The notes beneath the pieces are model-generated. The model searched no databases. It worked only from the letters and a program-made list of their open reading frames with translations, and had not been told where the DNA came from. A DNA stretch of 64,000 bases from Mantamonas sphyraenae STR306 (lineage: Eukaryota; Protista; CRuMs): positions 124,001 to 188,000 of the forward strand of contig JAPMXV010000040.1 of assembly GCA_026936335.1 (NCBI GenBank), read 5' to 3'. Position 1 is the first letter of the stretch, and each line of letters opens with the position of its first letter. Both the position numbers and the translations under genes were made by a program. Below, piece after piece: positions 11,601-20,600 of this stretch.

Positions 11601-11931
11601 CTGTCGTTGCCTCCAGCCATCCGAGAAGGTACTTGCACATGGACGTTCGCAGAGGTGGAGAGGCGCGCACAGCAGTTGAATAGGACGACACCCAGCATGC
11701 CACCTTCGCGGTGTTGACACCGTTGACGTTGGCGTACCCTTGCATGTCACCTTCGGGCTCGCCCAGATTTGCAGGTAGTCTTGTTCGTGGTGTGTACAGG
11801 GAAATCGACTCGTTGTCGGCCACACAGGTCGGACACACCAGCGACACGTGAGATGGGGCTGACGTTACCCAGCACACCATGAGCACTGTCTCGTTGTTGC
11901 AGCTATGGTGCTGACACTTCAGAATCGACAT
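5624..11931 (-). CDS. Giant Fanzor (TnpB-family RNA-guided RuvC nuclease) with N-terminal USP-like protease and PIN-like region; exons 11931-11556 and 11478-5624, ~2076 aa
   Basis: RuvC-I WISIDPG (D 6634-6632), RuvC-II AADERYTSQQC (E 6232-6230), Zn ribbon CFCG...RTCSSHC, RuvC-III VQRDRGSAHCI (D 6004-6002); phase-compatible GTAAG...CTAAC...CAG intron. Confidence 0.85.
5641..5917. repeat. Near-perfect 141-bp tandem duplication (5641-5776, 5782-5917) encoding a basic NLS-like tail
   Basis: Two copies of KVQRKAADKAG[KE]RSKKRRDEEVGEEEDSGGSQPQQHAPKRQRVQR. Confidence 0.95.
7262..7416. repeat. 12-bp-based coding minisatellite (ANPD repeats) inside Fanzor
   Basis: Repeated gggttggcgtcc units. Confidence 0.9.
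7762..7981. repeat. 57-bp coding tandem repeat (SMDVQESSVDVLPSVDVES) inside Fanzor
   Basis: catccatgga recurs at 7801, 7858, 7915 and 7972. Confidence 0.95.
8573..8674. repeat. 15-bp coding repeat (ELDEA) inside Fanzor
   Basis: About seven cagctcc(g/a)cctcatc units. Confidence 0.9.
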
Positions 11932-11996
11932 TCTACACTCTTGAAACTATTGACTCCACCCGCGCACTTGGGCCAGCCGCCGCTTTTCAGAGCAGG

Positions 11997-12434
11997 TCAG
12001 TTGTCAAACGTCAAGCCTCGCGCCTCGCTGTCAAATGCCGCAGAAAGCTTGTTGCCCTCTCCGACGCCCCCGAGCACTTGCACACAGTTCACAAGCCCCA
12101 TCCTACACAGTCCTACGCACATCACTTGCTGCTCTGGAAGGGCCCCGCGCACGCCGTTGCCGACGAGAACATCGAAACGCACGTTGGCCGTTTGCCGGCA
12201 CAGAGGGTTGAAATCCTGCAGTTCACACTCACTGAGGAGCACAGTGGCCCATGTAACGATGTTGAGGAACAGAGGGAACAGAGCCTGGACCTGGACGACC
12301 AGGAGGGCGAGGAAGGTGGGGTGCTGCTTTCGCAGGCGTTGCACGTCACAATAGAGTCTCGGCTGTTTTGTACCTGGCAAACTCAATCCAGCAGGAGATA
12401 GATCACCGAGGAGGGGTTGAAAGGTAGGAGGCAT
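11997..12434 (-). CDS. Possible small accessory ORF of the transposon (~145 aa, MPPTFQPLL...), unknown
   Basis: ATG at 12434, same strand as both element genes, stops 65 bp upstream of the Fanzor ATG; no recognisable motif. Confidence 0.35.
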   Translation of the reverse strand: MPPTFQPLLGDLSPAGLSLPGTKQPRLYCDVQRLRKQHPTFLALLVVQVQALFPLFLNIVTWATVLLSECELQDFNPLCRQTANVRFDVLVGNGVRGALPEQQVMCVGLCRMGLVNCVQVLGGVGEGNKLSAAFDSEARGLTFDN

Positions 12435-13248
12435 GGCCACAACGCCAAGAAAAATTGATGAGTGGCTAGAAGTTGCCGCGTCGTCGCGCTGCGTCGTCGC
12501 CTCTACATGCAAATGTGGGTGTGATGTGCTGTCCCCGTTTTCAGTATGCTCCCTGTACGACGCCCGATTGCCCACCAAACCGGCAGACGCAGCGCTGGGC
12601 ACCGCACGGGCAAAAGAGTGATGCTTCGTTGCCGTCGCGTGACCAGCAAGTGGCACACGTCCACAGGAACCAAACAGAGTCAAGTGGAAAGGCTGTGCGA
12701 CTACACCAAGACACTACAGCAGGAAGCGCCCCTTGCCGTGGGGCCTTGGCCGTCCTCTACGACACAAAGAACCGCCTTGTCAGGCTACGTGAAAATCAGG
12801 TTGTGAATCCACGGTATCGGGCTTCACACGCTGTCTCATGGTGTTTGTAGATACATATTGGGACATGGGTCTGCTGAGGGGAGACGCATGTGCACAATAA
12901 TTGTACTGGGTGTCAAGGGGTGCATCTCAACGGCGTCAACCTGCATGCTGCTCCTCCCACGGGTGTTGGAGCCAAAACCAGAGGACCATGTGGCATGATG
13001 ACTGTATGCAGGCGTTCCATGGATTGTTTATGCACGGGGCGCATGGTACTGTTCGCAAAGCCCGGTTGCAACGGGGTCGCTCCTGACTGAGGAGACTGCT
13101 GCCAGGGGAGGTGGGCACTATCCACGCCTTGTAGGTGCCCCACTTAGCCCTCCCTGCTTCTCTTTGAGCCCCCCCGACACAAAGATGGCAATGGGAGTAC
13201 GGGTTTTTCAGCACCAGCGTGCGCCCTGAATGGCTACGCTCCACGATC

Positions 13249-14268
13249 CTACATGCGGTACCCGCAGTGATGGACCCAGTTCCTCACATCAGCAGCCGTA
13301 ACATGCCCCAATGCAGTACAGATCGCCGCGAAAGTGCAAATGTCCACTCGATGAAATTCCCTGCGGAGGACCGCCTTGAACTTGCTAAACATGAGCTCGA
13401 TGGGGTTGAGCGTAGGTGTGTAAGGCGGGAGAAACTCGACATCCACCCCATACCAGGTGCACAGCTGGCGTACAGCATCGCCTTTGTGGATGGAGCAGTT
13501 GTCCATGACCAGAACTGTTTGGCGGCAATCTCGCATGCGGGGCAAGAGGTCTTGCTCCAGGAACTCCATAAACAGCTGCCGGTTGTATGACCCCTCTCGC
13601 ATTGTGTACGCTACCAGTGGCGAGCGCCCACCGGTGCTGATGGCCGCCAGCACGCTGATGCGCTTTTGCTTGGGATGGTTCTCCACAACGACCGCTGGTT
13701 GCCCACGTTTCGCACGACCATATCTCCTGTAGCACACTCTGTTGTTCACTGCAGTTTCGTCCAAGAAGACCACGTTCGGCGCTCGGAACACACCGCGAAT
13801 CCTCATTGCTCGAGTAAACTCGCGTGTGCGCGCCACGGTGGATTCCCTGAACCGTTGCTTGGCGATAGCACTCACCTTCTTGCGAGTCAGTCCCATGCGC
13901 GCACAAGAACGGCGAATTGTGGACAGAGATACCACCTTGTTGCGATGAAGAGCAACGGCTACTTGCAACTCGTCCAGGTACAGTCGCGGATCATCGGCCA
14001 CCTGTTCAGCAATGAATTGGTCGTCATTGGCATCCAGGAGACGCCTGAACGGTGGTTGGGCCACAAGAGGGCGTACATGGCCCATGGCTCGGTGTTGACG
14101 TACAATCTTGGACACGACGGAAGGAGACACACCGAGAGCCTCCGCTGTGCCTCTGCACGAAGGACGCAAGCTGGATTGGTAGTGAAAGAGAATGCATTCT
14201 CGTTTGTCCGCCGAAAAGGCTTTGCCGTGGATGTATGACCCACCCGTTGCATTCGTTTTGACGGTCAT
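13249..14268 (-). CDS. IS630/Tc1-like DD34E transposase with paired-like HTH N-terminus (339 aa)
   Basis: VVFLDET, VLVMDNCSIH, FLPPYTPTLNPIE with 34 residues between the second D and E; HTH segments TAEALGVSPSVVSKIV and VSLSTIRR; uninterrupted frame from ATG 14268. Confidence 0.95.
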   Translation of the reverse strand: MTVKTNATGGSYIHGKAFSADKRECILFHYQSSLRPSCRGTAEALGVSPSVVSKIVRQHRAMGHVRPLVAQPPFRRLLDANDDQFIAEQVADDPRLYLDELQVAVALHRNKVVSLSTIRRSCARMGLTRKKVSAIAKQRFRESTVARTREFTRAMRIRGVFRAPNVVFLDETAVNNRVCYRRYGRAKRGQPAVVVENHPKQKRISVLAAISTGGRSPLVAYTMREGSYNRQLFMEFLEQDLLPRMRDCRQTVLVMDNCSIHKGDAVRQLCTWYGVDVEFLPPYTPTLNPIELMFSKFKAVLRREFHRVDICTFAAICTALGHVTAADVRNWVHHCGYRM

Positions 14269-14322
14269 TTTTGTTTTGCGTTGCTGACCACAGCGCGCGG
14301 AACGCCACAATACAGCAACCCA

Positions 14323-15642
14323 ATGAGCAGTTCGGGAGGGGTCAAACGCACCTTTTCGTCCATTTCGACACCCAACTCACCCGCGTTGCACTTTGAAGTG
14401 ACAGCAAGGTGGCGCAAGGCGCGTGTGGGGCGGTTGTTCCTGCCGAGTGTGGCTGCAGAGACGCCGCTGTTCATGCCTGTGGGCACGCAGGGGAGCATCA
14501 AAGGAATGACCACGCGGCAGTTGGAAGACTTGGACTGCCGAATCATCCTGGGCAACACGTACCATCTGGGCCACCGGCCTGGGGCCGATCTGGTGGACGA
14601 ACTGGGAGGCCTGCACACGTTTATGAACTGGAAGCGAGGCCTGCTGACAGACTCGGGTGGCTTCCAAATGGTGTCTCTGCTTGACCTGGCGCACATCACA
14701 GAAGAGGGGGTCCTGTTCAGGTCGCCGCACAACGGGGAGGAGATGATGCTGACGCCCGAGAAGAGCATCCAGCTGCAGAACGAGATTGGAGCCAACATCA
14801 TCATGCAGTTGGACGATGTGGTGTCGTCCAAGGTGCGTGGGAAGCGTGTGGAGGAGGCCATGGAACGCAGCACGCGGTGGTTGGACAGATGCATGGACGC
14901 GCACGAGAAGAAGCAGACGCAGAACCTGTTCCCCATTGTGCAGGGGGGACTGGACGAGGCTTTGCGTGCACGTTCGTTGGAAGAGCTGATTGCACGGGAC
15001 GCACCCGGGTATGCCATTGGCGGACTGAGTGGAGGGGAGGCGAAGGAGGACACGGCAAGGTGCATCGACCAGTGCACAAGCAAGCTTCCAAACGACAAGC
15101 CCCGGTACGCCATGGGCATTGGGTATGCCATCGACTTGGTTGTGTTTTCGGCCCTGGGCGTGGATATGTTTGACTGTGTGTTCCCCACGCGTACGGCGCG
15201 CTTCGGGCGTGCGCTGCTGATGTCTGGGGCCATCAATCTCAAGTCGTCGCAGTTTGCGGATGACTTTGAACCCATCGACGCAGAGTGTGGCTGCATGGTG
15301 TGCCAACAGTACACGCGTGCATACGTGCATGCCCTGGCAAAGGGCGAGGGAGCTGGCCTGCAGTTGATCACCTACCACAACATTGCCTTTCAGATGCGCC
15401 TCATGCGCACCATCCGTCATCACATCACCGAGGGTACCTTTGTCTCCTGGGTTTGCTGGTTTGTGCGCCAGCAGTACGGCGAGGACCCGGAGCAGTTTCC
15501 AACGTGGGTTGTGGATGCGCTGGCCACCGCTGGCATGGATGTGGTCAACCAGTGCGAGATTGATGAGGATGATGAGCAGGAGGGTGATGAGGAGGGTGAC
15601 AAGAAGGAGGGTGGTGATGACATGGAGCAGGAGACAATGTAG
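14323..15642 (+). CDS. QTRT1: Queuine tRNA-ribosyltransferase catalytic subunit
   Basis: TPLFMPVGTQG, ILGNTYHL, LTDSGGFQMVSL, GVDMFDCVFPTRTARFG, Zn site CGCMVC...H. Confidence 0.95.
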   Translation: MSSSGGVKRTFSSISTPNSPALHFEVTARWRKARVGRLFLPSVAAETPLFMPVGTQGSIKGMTTRQLEDLDCRIILGNTYHLGHRPGADLVDELGGLHTFMNWKRGLLTDSGGFQMVSLLDLAHITEEGVLFRSPHNGEEMMLTPEKSIQLQNEIGANIIMQLDDVVSSKVRGKRVEEAMERSTRWLDRCMDAHEKKQTQNLFPIVQGGLDEALRARSLEELIARDAPGYAIGGLSGGEAKEDTARCIDQCTSKLPNDKPRYAMGIGYAIDLVVFSALGVDMFDCVFPTRTARFGRALLMSGAINLKSSQFADDFEPIDAECGCMVCQQYTRAYVHALAKGEGAGLQLITYHNIAFQMRLMRTIRHHITEGTFVSWVCWFVRQQYGEDPEQFPTWVVDALATAGMDVVNQCEIDEDDEQEGDEEGDKKEGGDDMEQETM

Positions 15643-15843
15643 AAAACAGGGCACGAACCAGTTTCGCATCCATCTCGACCTGCACGTTGTCCTCTGTGGT
15701 GACCACAACTTGGAAGAAGAAGGTTGATTGATGCAAACCCGTGCAACACCGAAAGGGCATGCTGGGCATGTCCTTCCACCCACACCCACAACCAAACACC
15801 ATCTTCACTCCCTCCCCTGGACCCGTGGGAAGACCCGACGTGA

Positions 15844-17541
15844 ATGAAACGAGCACACTTGGTCCTTGTGCTTTCACTGGGTTTGTTGATTGTGTTGCCT
15901 GTGGTGATTGTGCACTCGCGGCCTCGCATGGTGTCCGTTCCCAGCGATGCCGACCAGGCACACACCGATGGATACCGAGAGGAGGACGCTGGTGATGATC
16001 ACACGCCCCATGCCCGAGACGACGACGACGACGACGACAATGACGACAAGACCCAACCAGCCCCAACCATTGGCGACGAGGTCCGTGTGCGCAAGCAGTA
16101 CCGTGAGTGCAAATGCTTGGCGGGCAAACCCAGCAGTCGCCTCGCCGATGAGCGCTGTGCACAATGTTTTGTAAGTGGAACACACTCCCATTCGCTTCGC
16201 ATGTGGGTCATCTGCATGGCAGTTTGTGGCACGTACATGAACGAGTGTGTGGGGTGACAACCCCGAAAGCGCGTAGTGAATTGACACGCCCTCCTTCTGC
16301 CACAGCGCATCGGCAGTAGCAGCAACGCACAGCGGGCAGGGTTCTATTTGGACCATAAGCCATGGGCAAGCGAATCTGAGGCACAGGATTTGCAGCGGGA
16401 ACAGTGCCAGTCGACACAGCGAGCAGTCGTGGCTGCACGAGCACTCAACCTGGGCAAGGAAGCTTCCGACCTGGACCAGGCCAATGAGGACCTAAAGAAG
16501 ACGTGGCCCCTGCATGCCATGTCGCCCCCACGTGTGCCGACACGGGTGACGGACCTGCGAGAGGCACTGAAGGCCAACGATCCCGACCTGCAGCGCATCT
16601 ACGAGGGCACAAGCGAAGCCCAGAGTGACGCTGGCAAAGTGGCCATGAACAAACGAGGACTGACGTTGAATTGGCACATGGTGGATGGGGTGGAAAAGCA
16701 CAATGTGCCCATTTGGCTGCGTGTGTTTTCCCGCACGCAGCCCTTGGACAAAGTCATCGACGGCCTGCGTTCCATGGAGGGCAAGGAACGCACCGTTCTG
16801 TACATTTCTGTGGATGGAGCTCACAAACACGTGTTGCAGTTTATTGCTCAGCATGTGGACTTTATGCCCGCACGCATTCTCTTCCACGCCTTCACTCACG
16901 ACGTCGAATCCTTCCCCGAACTCAAGACTATGGACCCACGTGTGGCCCGCCTCAACTCCCACTTTAACTATGGCATGCGTTTGCTCTTTGACGTCTTTGG
17001 CTACGGGTACGTGGCCTTGCTGGAGGACGACATCATGCCTGGACCCGATTTCTACATGTACCACAGGGACATGATGCCCTACGCCCTGCTCAAACCCGAC
17101 AAAGTGTTTTCTGTGGGTGCCATCATGCACGGGCCCATCAACGACTGTGATTACATAGCCAACAAGCTGCTGAACCGTGGGTCGTGCCGCCTTGAGTCCA
17201 TGAACCATCTTGTGCTGGAGCAGTACTACACCACATGGGGCTCAGGCATGCCCAGACACACCTTTATGGAATACTGGCCCCATCGTTGGACAAACATCTA
17301 CGACGGCATCTTTTCAGGCCTCATCGGCAAGCGCTGGCATGTGACGCCGTGTTCGCACAGGGCCAAGTGGTTGCCCAACTCGGGCACCAACGGCACGGGA
17401 GGCAAACGCTGGAACCATGACTTGCCTCTGCTCAAGGGCGAACACAACACAGTGTACCACATTGAGCAGGTGGACGGCTTTGTCCAGACACAGGTGCTTC
17501 GCCGTCGCCATGCAAAACACACGTGCAGCAGCAAGCCCTAA
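15844..17541 (+). CDS. Type II membrane GT-A glycosyltransferase, GlcNAc-transferase (GT13/GT16)-like; intron 16171-16305
   Basis: N-terminal signal anchor, acidic stem, YISVDG and ALLEDDIMPGPDF (EDD metal motif); a phase-0 GTAAGT...CAG intron joins the two ORFs. Confidence 0.7.
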
Positions 17542-17645
17542 TGGCGCAGCATCGCACACACACACATCACAGTAAAATGGGTGGAGGGGGAGAAACCGCG
17601 GTGCATTCCATTGCTCGTGCATCAGCATCACCCGCGCAGTCTGCT

Positions 17646-20600
17646 TCAATCGCTGGTCTTGCGCTTGTCGTAGCGGACGACGCCGCCGCTCATGACGAGT
17701 TTGACACCCAGGTGCACTTCGCTGAGGGCAACCAGATCGGCGTCCATGCCTACCTCGATTTGGCCCTTGTTGGGCAGCTTCAGGTAGCGTGCCGGGGTTC
17801 GTGTGACCAGAGGCAGGAGTTCTTCGACAGCCCATTCGTACTTGCGATGCAGGGCATGCAGAGTCTGCAGGATCGAGTCTGGGGTGCCCATGCCATACGA
17901 AATGACCTTGCCCTGGTCGTTGAACTGCGGGCGCGACCCAAAGGCGTCGCTGCTCATGATCAGGCGGTCGATGGCGTATCCGTCGGCCTTGGCACGGTGC
18001 AAGCACATGGCCGGGATGTTGGGGCCAGCGGTGATGTCAATGTATCCACCCTGGGCCAACCAGTCCAGAGAATCCTCAAAGAGCTCTTCCGTCTTGCTGC
18101 AATGCGTGGGCAGGATCTGGTCGATGGGCACCATGCCCTTGTTGACCAACTCGCGCAGGGGACCCAGCATCTGCTCGCCGCGGCCCAAGTGTGCATAGAG
18201 CACACCCTTCTTGCCCGAAATCATGCCTCCCACCATGCACTGCTTGGTCACCTCCATCAGCTGCTCAAACGACGGGTTGGAACCGCGGTGATCGCTGATG
18301 GCAAGTTCACCCACTCCAATGACCTTGTCCACCACGCACAGATCGCTCTGCACGCTTCCGGTCAGTGTCACGGGCGGCACGGCGTACGAGCCACAGTACA
18401 TCCAGGACGACACGCCCTTGGCGTCCATCTCCCTGCACTTCATCAGCAGCGTCTCCAGCTTGCGCGAATAGTCATCTGTGCCCAGCACACCCACGGCCGT
18501 GGTGATGCCACTCTCCAGAATCATCGATGCGCTGGCCTCCGACGTGCGAGACCACGGGCCGGCCTCGCCACCGCCTCCAATCAGGTGCTGGTGGATGTCC
18601 ACGAAACCCGGCACAAGCAGCAGACCATCCACGTCGATTTCGTTGATGTCTGCCAACGAGCGCAGGAGATCGCGTTCGTTCTCCTCCAGAATGCCCACAA
18701 TCTTGCCACCACCCAACAGCAGACTCACTTCTCCCAGGTCGGAGGGAGAGTACACACGCTTGGCGTTCAGCACCAGGGTCAGCTCCTTGTTCACCGGCTT
18801 GGGGCCAGCCGACGGGCCGCTCATGTCCTGGCGCGTGCTCGAGACCTGCTCGTGAGCCTCAAGCGGCTTCTGCAGCAGACGCGTCGTCTTCTCCTTGAGG
18901 CCATGCACGTGCAGCGTGTCGCGGCCAATGGCCACGTACTGGCCACTGCGTCCGGGCAGATGCACCATGGGGAACACACCAAAGGGCTTGCCCGCCTGCA
19001 AGGCAATGTTGGCGTTCACCAGGCGGTTGAACAACGCAAACGCAGTCAGGTCCTTCGAGGGCTTGATCTTGAATGCAATCCAAGCGTAGTTGCCGTCCTC
19101 GGGCGCATGGTTGGCCACAAACAGCTTGGGGAAGTGGGCGCCGTTGAAGCGGGCCGTGTTGACGTCCGACAGGTACGGCTCGCCGTTGACCATCAGGAAA
19201 TCAACGCCACCAGGGCCACGCGGCTTGGAGCCACGCAGAAAGGCCTTCATGATGCGAGTGCACCTGTCCTGGCACTTTTCGTCAATCTCACTGGGGCGCC
19301 AGCCGGCATAGCCTGTGCCCACCATGATCTGGTCCACACACGGGGTGCCGTAGATGCGCGAGCCAAAGTAGTGGCACGCCGGCGACAGGATGACACCGTC
19401 GGGCGCACGGTCGATGTCCAGCATCTCTTCCAGCAGGACGTCACCGTAGCCAAAGTCGTACACCTGCAGCTCCTCCACGGAACTGACAAACATGATGCCC
19501 TCACCTGCGGCTCCGTTGACAGGCTTGATGACCACCTTTTCGGCGTCCATCAGCTCGTAGGCCTTGAGCAGGTCGTCTCGGGTGGAGCACGTGTATCCAT
19601 CGGCCACAGTGATGTCACCCAGCTGCATCTGTTCCAACACACTGGGGGTCTCCAGGTCCTGCACGTGACGGTGCAGAATCGACTTGTTGCCGTATTGGCT
19701 CTGCCACACAGGGTCCTCTGCAAAGATGCTCACACCCAAGCGCTCCAGGCGGCTCATCCAGCGCATGCCGTTGTCGCACGGCGTGTAGGGGACAATCATC
19801 CAGCCCTGCGGGCCGCACTCGCTTGTCACCACCAGCGACTCCAGCTTGGCCAGCATGGCCTCGTCGATTTCGTCGTCCATGAGGTACTTGGTGCCCGACG
19901 TAAAGAAGAATTGGTCGGGACTCAGCTCCAGCGTCTCGCACAGGAAGCGTGCAAACTCGCGGCCCTCGGGGAACTCACCCGGGAGAATGACAACATCCAT
20001 GCCCGGGCGCACGAGTGCTGCCACGCGGTGTGACAGGTTGACACGCTGCGAGATGCGACGGTACGACGGATGGCACGACTGCACCCAAATGCGTCGCATG
20101 TGCGTCTCGCTCAGCGACACAAACTTGGCTTCCTCGGTCACCGAGCCGCGGCCGAGCTCGTCGCAAAGCATGTCCATGCGTTCCATGCTGTCCTGCAGGC
20201 CGTTCTCGGTCTTGTTCACAGCCAGGAACGCGCCGCTGTACGGCTCCACCGACAGCGGAAAGATGCCGCCGCGTGAGCTCTTGCTGTGCTTGGGCAACAA
20301 GGCAAGCTTCTCCTCGCGCATGGCCGTCCACAGACGCCAAAAGTCGGTCTCGGAGGGGAACACGCGCAGGAACATCTGCACAAAGGGCAGCTTGCGCACG
20401 TAGGTCTCGTGGAAGCGGCAGACAAAGTGTTCGAGGATGAAGCGGTTGACGACAACCTCGGACAGCACAGGCTGGTTGTTGCGCACGTGGAACGACACAA
20501 ATCCGGCACCCTTGAACTCAGCCAGCTGCACGATGCTCTGGGCCACCTGCACGGCCGTGTTCAGGCAGGCCTTGGGGCAGGTGGCGTTGCGGATGCCCAG

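Larger units (their letters stand above)
5519..14310 (-). mobile_element. IS630/Tc1-mariner-type DNA transposon carrying a giant Fanzor
   Basis: TA at 5517-5518 and 14311-14312; imperfect terminal inverted repeats TTGT-N12-GCTGTG (12/22 identical); encloses a DD34E transposase and a RuvC Fanzor gene on the same strand; removing it leaves a 58-bp spacer typical of this genome. Confidence 0.72.

Noticed and set aside
2380-15642. Functional link between the Fanzor element and flanking TRIP4/QTRT1
   Set aside because: They lie outside the proposed ends and are ordinary housekeeping genes; adjacency is explained by insertion.
17523-20033. 836-aa plus-strand ORF and similar long antisense ORFs (e.g. 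36986-38920, 43455-45197, 54649-56814)
   Set aside because: Shadow frames of well-supported genes on the other strand, expected at this GC content.
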